Both the position numbers and the translations under genes were made by a program. Positions 36,229-46,304 of a DNA stretch of 64,000 nucleotides are shown piece by piece. Numbering within the stretch: position 1 is the first letter of the stretch; every line of letters begins with the position of its first letter. The notes beneath the pieces were generated by a model, which was not told the origin of the DNA, did not search any database, and saw only the letters and a list, made by a program, of their open reading frames with translations. The stretch covers positions 1,792,001 to 1,856,000 of the forward strand of contig OZ241326.1 of NCBI GenBank assembly GCA_965199855.1, read 5' to 3'. This DNA is from a bacterium (lineage in GTDB: Bacteria > UBA8248).

Positions 36229-38013
36229 TTGAGCGAGCTTCTGGAGAAGGGGAGAACCCACGACTGCGGCGCGCTTCGCGCCTCCGACGTCGGAAGCGAG
36301 GTCGTCCTGATGGGCTGGGCGGGGACGACGCGGGATCACGGCGGTCTGATTTTCATCGATCTGCGGGATCGCTTCGGCGTGACCCAGACGGCGGCCGACC
36401 CCTCGTATGACGAGGCGGCCCACGCCCTGGCCGAGCGGGTGCGCGCCGAATGGGTGATCGCCGTTCAGGGGGTGGTCATCCAGCGTCCCGAGGGGATGGC
36501 GAACCCGAACCTCGCCACCGGCGAGATCGAGGTGCGGGTGACGCGGCTGGAGATTCTGAGCGAGGCGCGAACGCCCCCGTTCGAGATAGAGGACGACTCC
36601 GACGCCGGCGAGGCGCTGCGCCTTCAATACCGCTACCTCGACATGCGGCGTCCCTCCCTCCAGCGAAATTTCATCAAACGCCACCAGGCCACCCAGGTGA
36701 TTCGCAATTTTTTGACGGAAAACGGCTTCGTGGACGTCGAAACCCCGCTTCTCACGAGGAGCACGCCCGAGGGGGCGCGGGACTATCTGGTGCCGAGCCG
36801 GCTCGCGCGCGGCCAGTTCTTCGCGCTTCCGCAGAGCCCGCAGATGTTCAAGCAGATTCTCATGGTGGCGGGCTTCGACCGCTACTACCAGATCGTCAAA
36901 TGCTTTCGGGACGAGGATTTGCGCGCCGACAGACAGCCCGAGTTCACGCAAATCGACGTCGAGTGCTCCTTCCTGAACCAGGACGCCTTCTTCGGCCTCA
37001 TGGAGAGGCTGGTCGCCAGGATATGGAAGGAGGTGGGCGGGGTCGAAATCGGGACGCCCTTCGAGCGGATTCCCTACGCCGAGGCGATTGCGCAATACGG
37101 AACCGACAGGCCGGACAGGCGCTACGGCATGAAGCTCGCGGCGTTCACCGACGTGGCGCGGGCGAGCGAGTTCCGGGTGTTCCGGACGGCGGTGGAAAAG
37201 GGGGGCGCGGCGCGCGCCATGGCGGGGCCGGGCATGGCGTCCGCCTCGCGGAAGGAGATAGACGACATCATCGCGCGCGCGCGGGAGCTGGGCGCGGGCG
37301 GCCTCGCCTGGGCGAAGCGGACGGAAGGCGGGTATGAGTCGAACATCACCAAGTTTTTCGCCGAAGGCCAGCTGGAGGAGATCGGCGCGCGAGCCGGCGC
37401 GGAGGTCGGCGACTTGCTGATGATGGTGGCCGACGCCCCCGCCGTGAGCGCGTCGGTTCTCGGCCATCTGCGCGAGGAGATCGGCGCGCGCCTGGGCCTC
37501 GCCTCCGCGGAGGACGGGAAGTTCGATTTTTGCTGGGTCGTGGATTTTCCGCTCCTCGAATACGACGAGGAGGAGGGGAGGTTTCACGCGCTTCATCACC
37601 CCTTCACGGCGCCCGCGCCCGAGGACGTTCCGCTCTTCGATTCCGACCCGGGCGCCATCCGCTCCCAGGCCTACGACATGGTGGTGAACGGGCATGAAAT
37701 CGGGGGCGGCAGCCGGCGCATCCATCGGCGCGAGGTGCAGCAAAAAATGTTCGCCGCCCTGGACATGGACGAGGAGGAGGCGCGGCGCCGCTTCGGCTTC
37801 TTCCTGGAGGCGCTCGAGTTCGGCGCGCCGCCGCACGGCGGAATCGCCTTCGGGCTGGATCGCATCATGATGCTCCTGACGGGCGCGCCCTCCATCCGCG
37901 ACGTCATCGCCTTTCCCAAAACGCAGAAGGCCACCTGCCTGATGACCGGCGCGCCCGCCGCGGTCGAGCATCTCCAGCTCCGGGAGCTGGGCATCGACGG
38001 GACGCTCCGGTAG
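36229..38013 (+). CDS. aspS: Aspartate--tRNA ligase (likely non-discriminating Asp/Asn type)
   Basis: RTHDCG, RDHGG, LRLQYRYLD, EGARDY, FRDEDLRADRQPEFTQ, PPHGG; His in RDHGG and Gly in RPEG suggest ND type. Confidence 0.96.
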   Translation: MSELLEKGRTHDCGALRASDVGSEVVLMGWAGTTRDHGGLIFIDLRDRFGVTQTAADPSYDEAAHALAERVRAEWVIAVQGVVIQRPEGMANPNLATGEIEVRVTRLEILSEARTPPFEIEDDSDAGEALRLQYRYLDMRRPSLQRNFIKRHQATQVIRNFLTENGFVDVETPLLTRSTPEGARDYLVPSRLARGQFFALPQSPQMFKQILMVAGFDRYYQIVKCFRDEDLRADRQPEFTQIDVECSFLNQDAFFGLMERLVARIWKEVGGVEIGTPFERIPYAEAIAQYGTDRPDRRYGMKLAAFTDVARASEFRVFRTAVEKGGAARAMAGPGMASASRKEIDDIIARARELGAGGLAWAKRTEGGYESNITKFFAEGQLEEIGARAGAEVGDLLMMVADAPAVSASVLGHLREEIGARLGLASAEDGKFDFCWVVDFPLLEYDEEEGRFHALHHPFTAPAPEDVPLFDSDPGAIRSQAYDMVVNGHEIGGGSRRIHRREVQQKMFAALDMDEEEARRRFGFFLEALEFGAPPHGGIAFGLDRIMMLLTGAPSIRDVIAFPKTQKATCLMTGAPAAVEHLQLRELGIDGTLR

Positions 38014-38022
38014 GGCGGCCGG

Positions 38023-39018
38023 GTGTCCGCGCGAAAGAGGGCGTCCGGAAAGCGCGGCGGCGTGCGAGAGATCGATCTCGATAGAATTCTGAAAAGTTCG
38101 GCGAGGGACGTTGCGGCGCCCGAGGGGTTCCGCTCGGGGTTCGTCGCCATCATCGGGCGGCCGAACGTCGGAAAATCCACCCTGCTCAACCGCATTCTCG
38201 GCGAGAAGCTCGCCATCGTCACCCGAAAGCCCGGAACCACGCGGCGCAGGCTTCTCGGCGTGCTGAACGCGGAGGGGGCGCAGGCGGCTTTCTTCGACAC
38301 GCCGGGGCTCGAGCGTCCCGCCTCGAAGCTCGGACGCTTTCTGCTCGAGGAGGTGAAGGCGGCGTGTTCGGGGGCCGACCTGGCTCTGTTCCTGACGGAC
38401 GACGCGGAGGGCGAGGCGGACGAGAGCGCGCTCGCGCTGCTCGAGGGCGCGAGGACGCCCGCGCTTCTCGTCATCAACAAGGTGGACCTGATGAAGGACA
38501 AGGCGAAGCTGCTGCCCGTTCTGGCGAAATGCGCGGCGGCCGATGGCTTCAGGGGCGCGTTTCCCGTCTCGGCGCTCAAGGGAGACAACGTGGCGGCTCT
38601 GGTTGAGGAGATCATCCGGACGCTGCCCGAAGGCCCGATGTATTTTTCGCCGGATATGACGACGGACGCGAGCGAGGCCGTGCTCGTGGAGGAATTCGTT
38701 CGGGAGCAGGCGTATCGGCAGCTCCACAGAGAGATTCCCTACGCCGTGGCCGTGAAGGTGCGGGAGATGGAGCGCGCCGAAGGCTCGGGCCTTTTGCGGA
38801 TCGAGGCGGAAATCTGCGTCGAGCGAAAGAGCCAGCGGGGGATCCTGGTGGGGAAGGGAGGCGGACGGATCAAGAGAATCGGGGCGGCTTCGAGAAAAGA
38901 GATTGAGCGGCGTCTGGGCGAGCGGATATATCTGGGACTGGAAGTCCGCCTGAGGCCCAACTGGCGGCAAAAGGACGCCGCGCTCAGGGAACTCGGGTAT
39001 GAGAACGCGCGGGGCTAG
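38023..39018 (+). CDS. era: GTPase Era
   Basis: [23 protein letters not shown] and KH domain; start uncertain. Confidence 0.96.
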   Translation: MSARKRASGKRGGVREIDLDRILKSSARDVAAPEGFRSGFVAIIGRPNVGKSTLLNRILGEKLAIVTRKPGTTRRRLLGVLNAEGAQAAFFDTPGLERPASKLGRFLLEEVKAACSGADLALFLTDDAEGEADESALALLEGARTPALLVINKVDLMKDKAKLLPVLAKCAAADGFRGAFPVSALKGDNVAALVEEIIRTLPEGPMYFSPDMTTDASEAVLVEEFVREQAYRQLHREIPYAVAVKVREMERAEGSGLLRIEAEICVERKSQRGILVGKGGGRIKRIGAASRKEIERRLGERIYLGLEVRLRPNWRQKDAALRELGYENARG

Positions 39019-39203
39019 CGGTTCTGGGCGCGCATCCGCTTCTTGTGCGCGGCGAGTATCTTTCTTTTGCGCTTCACGCTGGGCTTCTCGTAATACTCGC
39101 GCTTTTTGATCTCGGTGAGGATGCCCGATTTCTCGCACTGCTTCTTGAACTGCTTGAGCGCCTTGTCGATGGGCTCTCCCTCGTGTACTTTCACTCCTGG
39201 CAT
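39015..39203 (-). CDS. rpsU: 30S ribosomal protein S21
   Basis: [24 protein letters not shown]; AGGA RBS before ATG 39203. Confidence 0.96.
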   Translation of the reverse strand: MPGVKVHEGEPIDKALKQFKKQCEKSGILTEIKKREYYEKPSVKRKRKILAAHKKRMRAQNR

Positions 39204-39331
39204 CTGGCTATGATTCCTCCCGTTTTGACGTTCCATAATGGAAAGCAACCCCTGCGAGAGAGCGAACTATCGCCCGTTCAAGGATTTTCGTCAAGGCCGC
39301 GGCGAAAAATATCCGCCTGGGGGGCGTTTCC

Positions 39332-40084
39332 TTGGCCATTCTGACCGATGAGGCCATCGTTCTGGGCGCGCGTCCCTACTCCAACACGAGCCTGATAGCG
39401 ACGTTCTTGACGAAAGGCAGGGGAAAGGTGCGCCTGGTGGCCAAGGGCGCGCGCTCGGCGAAGTCCAGGCTGGGCGTGGGGCTCGAGCCGGCGAGCGAGA
39501 GCCACCTCGAATGGAGCCAGAGGAGCGGCTCCGGCCTGGGCGCGATGCGCAAATGCGAGACGACCCGCCTCTACCCGAGGCTCTGGGAGGATTACGGGGC
39601 CATGCGGACGGCGCTTCGCCTCTTGCGGACGCTCGACGCGGTTCTGGACGTCGGCGAGGGAGACGCCGGGCACCATCTGCTGCTCAGGTCCGCGCTGGAG
39701 ACGCTGGAGACGGGCGCGGGCGCGGCCAGCATGGAGGGCGTCTTTCTCCTCATGCTGCTCAAGACGGCGGGGCTGCGCCCGAGCCTCGACTACTGCGCCG
39801 CGTGCGCGAAGAAGCCGGGGAGCGAGGCGGCGCGCCTCGACATCGAGACGGGCGAATTGCGTTGCGCGAGGTGCCCGCGGCCGCCCGCGCGGGAGGCGCG
39901 CCTGCGCGCCGGCTCCATCGCCGCCATGCGGGAGGTTCTTCGCCTGACGCCCGAGCGGTGTTTTTCCATTCAGTTCGCCTCGCCCCTGCGGGCCGAGATT
40001 CTCGGGTGCGCGGAGGCGTTCTGGCGCCATCACGGCGGAAGGCCCCTGCCCGGACGCTCGCGCCGCGCTCCCGCCTCGCGTTGA
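39332..40084 (+). CDS. recO: DNA repair protein RecO
   Basis: EAIVL..PYS, GKVRLVAKGAR, CAAC..CARC Zn finger. Confidence 0.92.
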   Translation: MAILTDEAIVLGARPYSNTSLIATFLTKGRGKVRLVAKGARSAKSRLGVGLEPASESHLEWSQRSGSGLGAMRKCETTRLYPRLWEDYGAMRTALRLLRTLDAVLDVGEGDAGHHLLLRSALETLETGAGAASMEGVFLLMLLKTAGLRPSLDYCAACAKKPGSEAARLDIETGELRCARCPRPPAREARLRAGSIAAMREVLRLTPERCFSIQFASPLRAEILGCAEAFWRHHGGRPLPGRSRRAPASR

Positions 40085-40147
40085 CGCCATACCGGGAGGG
40101 GAGTATTTGTTCCCCGCGCCTGACGATTCGCCTTGCATGAGGTCCGC

Positions 40148-41827
40148 GTGCTGAAGAAGCTGATCGTTCCCATGGTCGAGAGCGCATTGGCGCGCGCGCG
40201 CGCGGCGGGCGACCTGGCTTCGGAGTCCGCCCCCTCCGTCGTCATCGAGACGCCGCCGGATGAGTCGTTCGGGGATTTCTCCTGCGGCGTCGCCATGACT
40301 CTGGCCAAGGCCGAGCGCAGACCGCCCCTGGCGATCGCGGAGCGAATCGTCCGGCATTTCGAGGCGCCGGAGGGTTTCTTGCGGAATATCCGGGTTGAAA
40401 AGCCCGGCTTCATCAATCTGTATCTTGACGGCGGCTACCTGCGCGGGAAGCTGGGAGAAATTCTCACCGCACCGGACGATTTTGGAAAAAACGACCAGGG
40501 AGCCGGGCAGTCCGTTCACCTGGAGTTCGTGAGCGCGAACCCCACGGGCCCGCTTCACGTCGGCCACGGGCGGGGCGCCGCGCTGGGCGACGTTCTGGGC
40601 CGCGTTCTGGAGGCGTCGGGCTTCCGCGTGCACAGGGAGTATTACGTCAACGACGCGGGCAGCCAGATGGAGACGCTGGCGAAATCGGCCTACGCGCGCT
40701 ACCTCTCGGACGTGAAGGGCGAGGCGGCGCCCTTCCCGGAGGAGGGCTACCGGGGCGAATACATCCGCGAGATTGTCCGATCCGCCGGGTTTCAGGAGCG
40801 CATCCGCCCGTTTCTCGACGAAGGGGAAGATGCGCTGATCGCCCAATCGGGCGTCGCCGCCAGGGATTTGATACTGGAGGACATCGAAAAGTCCCTCGCC
40901 GCGTTCAGGGCGCGCTTCGATGAATGGTTCAGCGAGGCTTCCCTGTTCGCAGAAGGCGAAAACCGGGTGGCGCGCGCAATCGCCGCGCTGGAGAAAAGCG
41001 GAAATCTTTACGGGAAGGACGGCGCCAGATGGCTCGCGACGAGCGCGCGCGGGGACGAGAAGGATCGCGTCGTCGTGCGCGAGGACGGCCGCCCGACCTA
41101 CCTCGCCTCGGACATCGCCTATCATCATCTCAAGTACGAGCGCGGCTTCGACCGCTATGTCAACATCTGGGGGGCGGATCATCACGGGTATCTGCCCCGG
41201 GTGCGCGCGGCGGTGGAAATGCTGGGACATGAGCCGGACAAGCTCAAGGTTCTTTTCGTTCAGTTCGTGAGCCTGCGGCGCGGCGGCGAAGTCGTTCAGA
41301 TGAGCACGCGCTCGGGCGAATTCGAGGAATTGTCCGCCGTGGTGGACGAGGTGGGCGTGGACGCGGCGCGCTTCTTCTTCCTGATGCGGAGCGCGGACGC
41401 CGCCCTCGAGTTCGATCTCGATCTGGCCAAGGAGCAGAGCAGCGAAAACCCGGTCTATTATATTCAATACGCCCACGCGCGCGCGCGCAGTCTTTTCCGG
41501 CAGGCGGCGGAGGCGGGCGAGCTGCCGGAGCGTCTTGCAGCGCCCCCGCCCGGAACGCTCGAACTGCCCGAGGAGCATCGCCTCATGCTGGCGCTCCTCG
41601 AGTGGCCCGCCGTGGTGCGAACCGCCGCCGAGAGGCTGGAGCCTCACCGCGTCGCCTTCGGCCTCCTGGCCCTCGCCAAGCGGTTTCATGGCTACTATAA
41701 TCGAAGCCGCATCCTGGGGCAGGGCGAGGAAACCACCCGTGCCCGCCTGTGCCTCGCCAAGTGCGCGCAGATCGTTCTGCGGAACGGCCTGAACCTGCTG
41801 GGAGTCTCCGCCCCCGAGAGGATGTAG
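40148..41827 (+). CDS. argS: Arginine--tRNA ligase
   Basis: PGFIN, EFVSANPTGPLHVGH, GADHHGY, MSTRSG, YIQYAHAR, APERM. Confidence 0.98.
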   Translation: MLKKLIVPMVESALARARAAGDLASESAPSVVIETPPDESFGDFSCGVAMTLAKAERRPPLAIAERIVRHFEAPEGFLRNIRVEKPGFINLYLDGGYLRGKLGEILTAPDDFGKNDQGAGQSVHLEFVSANPTGPLHVGHGRGAALGDVLGRVLEASGFRVHREYYVNDAGSQMETLAKSAYARYLSDVKGEAAPFPEEGYRGEYIREIVRSAGFQERIRPFLDEGEDALIAQSGVAARDLILEDIEKSLAAFRARFDEWFSEASLFAEGENRVARAIAALEKSGNLYGKDGARWLATSARGDEKDRVVVREDGRPTYLASDIAYHHLKYERGFDRYVNIWGADHHGYLPRVRAAVEMLGHEPDKLKVLFVQFVSLRRGGEVVQMSTRSGEFEELSAVVDEVGVDAARFFFLMRSADAALEFDLDLAKEQSSENPVYYIQYAHARARSLFRQAAEAGELPERLAAPPPGTLELPEEHRLMLALLEWPAVVRTAAERLEPHRVAFGLLALAKRFHGYYNRSRILGQGEETTRARLCLAKCAQIVLRNGLNLLGVSAPERM

Positions 41828-41860
41828 TCCCGCCCCCGCCCAAGGGAAACGGGAATCTCC

Positions 41861-42607
41861 ATGAAGTCCGCGCGCGAAGCATCGACGAAGCGCTACCAGA
41901 TCGCCTTCACGAAACTGCAGGCCGGCGTTTTCGCCGCCGCTCTCTTCGCTCTCATGGCCGTATTCTTCAGCCTCGGCTACCTCGTGGCCGGGCGAGGCGC
42001 GTCGAGCGAGGTGGCCGGGGGGGGAGTCGCCGTCTCGAAGGCGGAGAAGGGAGAAGGCGCGGAGGGCGGGGCGGTCGTCTCGCTGAGGGGCGCGCCGGAC
42101 AAGGAAGCGGCGGGCGGCCCCGCCGACCCCATCGAGCCGAAATTTTATCAGGAGCTGGTCAGGGAAGAGCCGGAAAACGGACGGCCCATCGAACCCATTG
42201 AACTGCCTTCGGCGCAGAAAACGCCGCCCGGACCGTCGTCTCCGCCGGCGGCGGTAGAGGAAGCCTCCCCCGGAAAAAAAGCGGCGCCGCCCGCCGGGAG
42301 GAAAAAACGCGGGGGCGCGCTTGCGGAGAAGCCGAAAAGGCTGGCGAAGGCGAAGCCGCGCGCGGCGGGAAGCGGGTACGCCATTCAGGTGGCCTCGGTC
42401 AGGAAGTTCGACGAGGCGCTTCGGATCGTCCGCAAGCTGAGGCGCGCGGGCTTTCGGGCCTACATCAGAAACGTGGACCTCGGCGCCAGAGGCAAGTGGC
42501 ACCGCGTCCGTGTGGGGCGCTACCGGGACAGGGCGGAGGCGCGAAAAGCGCTCTCCGTGATGAAGGGGAAGGCGCGCTTCCGGGGAGCAAGGGTTGTCCG
42601 AATGTAA
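41861..42607 (+). CDS. SPOR domain membrane protein (FtsN-like)
   Basis: N-terminal TM, Pro-rich linker, YAIQVAS..WHRVRVG SPOR; follows argS. Confidence 0.88.
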   Translation: MKSAREASTKRYQIAFTKLQAGVFAAALFALMAVFFSLGYLVAGRGASSEVAGGGVAVSKAEKGEGAEGGAVVSLRGAPDKEAAGGPADPIEPKFYQELVREEPENGRPIEPIELPSAQKTPPGPSSPPAAVEEASPGKKAAPPAGRKKRGGALAEKPKRLAKAKPRAAGSGYAIQVASVRKFDEALRIVRKLRRAGFRAYIRNVDLGARGKWHRVRVGRYRDRAEARKALSVMKGKARFRGARVVRM

Positions 42608-42660
42608 AATATGTTTGAATACAAATGTTTATGCTTTCATAGCTACAAACGGCTTGAAAC

Positions 42661-42689
42661 TTGACACCCGGCGTTGCCGCTCCTAAGAT
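42661..42689 (+). promoter_or_regulatory. Putative sigma70 promoter with AT-rich upstream tract
   Basis: TTGACA-17bp-TAAGAT preceded by AT-rich 42604-42660. Confidence 0.7.
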
Positions 42690-42722
42690 GCCTCTCCCGA
42701 TTCCCGGGAGTGGAGATGATTC

Positions 42723-43706
42723 ATGGGTTCCCGACGTTTTCCTCCCTGGCTCGTCAAGCGGTTGCCGAGTCCGAGCCGCTCCCACGAGGTCAAGGCGCTG
42801 ATGCGCGAAAAGCGCCTCCACACCGTGTGCGAGGAGGCGCGATGCCCGAACCTGTTCGAGTGCTTCTCACGCGGCGCGGCCACGTTCATGATCGGCGGGG
42901 ACGTCTGCACCAGAACCTGCGGCTACTGCGCCGTCGCGAAGGGCGCGCCGGAGCGGCTGGACGAGGAGGAGCCGCGCCATGTGGCGGAGGCGGCGAAAGC
43001 GCTGGGGCTGAAGCACGTGGTCGTCACCATGGTGAACCGCGACGACTTGCCGGACGGCGCGGCCGGCCACGTGACGGCGACGGTTCAGGCGATTCGCGAG
43101 CTGCTGCCCCGGGCCACGCTAGAGGTTCTCGTGAGTGACTTCATGGGGAATTTCGACGCGGTCGAGCGGGTGGTTCGCGCCGGCCCGGACGTTTTCAACC
43201 ACAACGTCGAGACGGTGCGGCGTCTGTTCAAAAGCACGCGGCCGAACGGCGACTACGAGCGTTCGCTGCGCGTTCTCGGCATGGCGAGGAAGATCGACCC
43301 GCGGATGACGACGAAGAGCGGCGTCATGGTCGGTCTGGGGGAAACCGAGGAGGACGTGCTCTCCCTGATGGACGATTTGCGGGACGAGCGGGTGGATTGC
43401 CGGATCATGACGATCGGCCAGTATCTCCCGCCCCGGAAAAAGGCGATTCCCGTCCGCGAATACGTCCATCCCGACGTTTATGAGCGCTATCGCGCGGCGG
43501 GCGCGGCGCGCGGCTTCGCCCACGTGTTCGCGGGGCCCTTCGTGAGAAGCTCCTACAACGCGGAGGAGTCTCTGCTCGCCTCCCGGGGGCTCGCGGACGC
43601 GAGATTGCGGGGCGACCCGGAGGGCCGCGCCTTCATGACGCCGGACGGCTCGGGCCGCAGCGTTTCGGCGCCCTCCGGCCGCCTGCTGTCCCTGCCCGTC
43701 AGCTGA
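42723..43706 (+). CDS. lipA: Lipoyl synthase
   Basis: CEEARCPNLFEC, CTRTCGYC, NHNVETV, RSSY. Confidence 0.97.
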   Translation: MGSRRFPPWLVKRLPSPSRSHEVKALMREKRLHTVCEEARCPNLFECFSRGAATFMIGGDVCTRTCGYCAVAKGAPERLDEEEPRHVAEAAKALGLKHVVVTMVNRDDLPDGAAGHVTATVQAIRELLPRATLEVLVSDFMGNFDAVERVVRAGPDVFNHNVETVRRLFKSTRPNGDYERSLRVLGMARKIDPRMTTKSGVMVGLGETEEDVLSLMDDLRDERVDCRIMTIGQYLPPRKKAIPVREYVHPDVYERYRAAGAARGFAHVFAGPFVRSSYNAEESLLASRGLADARLRGDPEGRAFMTPDGSGRSVSAPSGRLLSLPVS

Positions 43707-43718
43707 GGTTGCCCGCCC

Positions 43719-44915
43719 GTGCATGAATTCCAGCGCATCACGCGCCTGCCGCCCTACGTCTTCGCGGGCGTCGATGAACTGAAGATCGAGGCGCGCCGCC
43801 GCGGCGCCGACATCATCGACTTCGGCATGGGAAACCCGGACCTCGCCACCCCTCCCCACATCGTGGAGAAGCTGGTGGACGCGGCGGCGAACCCCAGAAA
43901 CCACCGCTACAGTGCCTCTCGCGGCATCACGCGGCTGCGCATGGCCATCGCCGACTGGTATGGCCGCCGCTACGACGTGAACATCGACCCCGAGCGGGAG
44001 GTCATCGTCACCATCGGCGTGAAGGAGGGAATCTCCCATCTGGCTCTGGCCATTACGAATCCGGGCGATTTGGTCATGGTGCCGAGTCCCACGTATCCCA
44101 TTCACACCTACGCCGTGGTGCTGGCGAACGGCAACGTGGTGCACGTGCCGCTTTCGCAGGGGGATGATTTCTTCGAGAACATGACGGAAACCATCCGGCC
44201 GATATGGCCGCGCCCGAAGATTCTCGTCCTGAGCTTTCCGCACAATCCCACCACGGTGTGCGTGGATATCGAGTTTTTTGAAAAGGCCGTCGCCTTCGCC
44301 AGGGAATACGACCTCATCGTCATCCACGATTTCGCGTATGCGGATCTCGGCTTCGACGGCTACGAGCCGCCCAGCATCCTCCAGGTGAAAGGCGCGAAGG
44401 AGGTGGCCGTGGAGTTTTTCTCCCTCTCCAAGAGCTACTCCATGCCCGGGTGGCGGATGGGCTTCGGCGTGGGGAACCGCGAGATCATCGGCGCGCTCAG
44501 GCGCATCAAGAGCTACCTCGACTACGGCGCGTTTCAGCCCATTCAGATCGCCTCGATCATCGCGCTCAACAGTTCGCAGGAGTGCGTCGAGGAAGTCCGC
44601 CAAACCTACCAGAGCCGCCGCGACGCCCTGTGCGGGGGGCTGGAGCGAATCGGCTGGCCCGTCCGGAAGCCCCGGGGAACGATGTTCGTCTGGGCGGAGA
44701 TTCCCGACCCATACAAGGAGATGGGCTCCCTGGAGTTCTCCAAGTTTCTGCTCAAGGAGGCGGAGGTGGCCGTCTCGCCCGGCGTCGGATTCGGCGAGCT
44801 GGGAGACGGCCACGTCCGCTTCGCGCTCGTGGAGAACGAGCACCGCACCCGGCAGGCGCTCAGGAACCTCCGCGCCATCTTTCAGGAGAAGGCGCGCAGC
44901 GGGGCGGCGGTCTAG
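43719..44915 (+). CDS. alaC: Class I PLP aminotransferase, AlaC/YfdZ-like
   Basis: [41 protein letters not shown]; precedes hom. Confidence 0.8.
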   Translation: MHEFQRITRLPPYVFAGVDELKIEARRRGADIIDFGMGNPDLATPPHIVEKLVDAAANPRNHRYSASRGITRLRMAIADWYGRRYDVNIDPEREVIVTIGVKEGISHLALAITNPGDLVMVPSPTYPIHTYAVVLANGNVVHVPLSQGDDFFENMTETIRPIWPRPKILVLSFPHNPTTVCVDIEFFEKAVAFAREYDLIVIHDFAYADLGFDGYEPPSILQVKGAKEVAVEFFSLSKSYSMPGWRMGFGVGNREIIGALRRIKSYLDYGAFQPIQIASIIALNSSQECVEEVRQTYQSRRDALCGGLERIGWPVRKPRGTMFVWAEIPDPYKEMGSLEFSKFLLKEAEVAVSPGVGFGELGDGHVRFALVENEHRTRQALRNLRAIFQEKARSGAAV

Positions 44916-44950
44916 CGCGCCGCCCGGCCGCGTCGAAGGATCATGCGAGC

Positions 44951-46279
44951 ATGAAGAGAATCTGCGTCGGCATATTGGGCCTGGGCACGGTCGGAAGCGG
45001 CGTGGCGAACCTGCTGGATGAGCAGCGCGAGCTCATCCGAAGGCGTCTCGGCGTGGAGGTGCGCGTCTCCAGAATCGCGGATCGCAGCGTCTTCACCAAG
45101 AAGAAGAAGGCGCGCGGGGTGGATTCCGGCGGCCTGGGCACGGACTTCGAGGCCGTCATCGACGCCCCCGACGTTCACGTCGTCGCGGAGCTCATCGGCG
45201 GAACGGAGGACGCGAGGCGGCACATTCTGCGGGCGATCGAGCGGAAGAAGCCGGTGGTCACCGCGAACAAGGCGGTGCTCGCCGTTCACGGGGAGGAGAT
45301 TTTCGCCGCCGCCGAGAGGGCGGGCTGTCCTCTGGGCTTCGAGGCGTCCGTCGCGGGCGGCATCCCGATAGTGAGAAACCTGCGCGAAGCCTTCGCCGCG
45401 GACAAAATCGAGCGGCTCGCGGGCATCCTGAACGGCACGTGCAACTACATTCTGAGCGGCATGACGGAGATGGGCGCGGATTTCGACGACGTCCTGGGGC
45501 GCGCCCAGGAGCTCGGCTACGCGGAGGCCGACCCCGCTTTCGACATCGACGGCGTTGACGCCTCCCACAAGATAGCGATTCTGGCGAATCTGGCGTATGG
45601 CACGCCCGTGGACGTCAGCGACTACCACACGGAGGGCATACGCGACATCTCCTCGATTGACGTCGACATCGCCAGGGAGCTCGGCTACCGCATCAAGCTC
45701 ATCGCCATGGCGCAGGAGAGGGGCGGGAAGCTCGATATCCGCGTTCACCCGACCATGCTCTCCGAGAACCACCCCCTCGCGCAGGTGGGCGGCGTCTATA
45801 ACGCGGTGGCCGTATCGGGAGCGAACGCCGGCCCGCAGGTTTTCATCGGCAGGGGGGCGGGTTCCGAGGCCACGGCCTCCGCGGTGGTGGGCGACATCAT
45901 CGAGGTGGCGCGGTGGCTCGAAAACGGGGGCGAGGCGCGGATTCCCGCCGCCGCCTTCCTGCCGGATCAGCGCGCGCGCCTCGACATCCTGACGCCCCGG
46001 GAGATTTCGACGCGCTTCTACGTCCGCTTCGCCGCCCTCGACAAGCCGGGCGTTCTGAGCCGCATCTCCGGCGTGTTCGGCGAGAACGACATCAGCCTCG
46101 AGACCGTCGTCCAGAAGGGACGCGCCGGCGAGGACGGCTACGCCCGCCTGGTGCTGCTCACCCACAAGGCGACGGAGGAGAACATGAGGAACGCGCTCCG
46201 GGAAATTTCCGGCCTCGACGTGGTGCGGCCCGAATACGCGCTCATCCGCGTGGAATCGGACGGCATGGCGTTCATGTGA
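44951..46279 (+). CDS. hom: Homoserine dehydrogenase
   Basis: GLGTVGSG, VVTANK, FEASVAGGIP, GILNGTCNY, ACT domain DKPGVL. Confidence 0.97.
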   Translation: MKRICVGILGLGTVGSGVANLLDEQRELIRRRLGVEVRVSRIADRSVFTKKKKARGVDSGGLGTDFEAVIDAPDVHVVAELIGGTEDARRHILRAIERKKPVVTANKAVLAVHGEEIFAAAERAGCPLGFEASVAGGIPIVRNLREAFAADKIERLAGILNGTCNYILSGMTEMGADFDDVLGRAQELGYAEADPAFDIDGVDASHKIAILANLAYGTPVDVSDYHTEGIRDISSIDVDIARELGYRIKLIAMAQERGGKLDIRVHPTMLSENHPLAQVGGVYNAVAVSGANAGPQVFIGRGAGSEATASAVVGDIIEVARWLENGGEARIPAAAFLPDQRARLDILTPREISTRFYVRFAALDKPGVLSRISGVFGENDISLETVVQKGRAGEDGYARLVLLTHKATEENMRNALREISGLDVVRPEYALIRVESDGMAFM

Positions 46280-46304
46280 GCGGGCGGAGACGGGCTCATC
46301 CTCC

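Noticed and set aside
38010-38030. GTAG-initiated sequence at the aspS stop as another REP
   Set aside because: Only a weak 4-bp stem and no similarity to the island REPs
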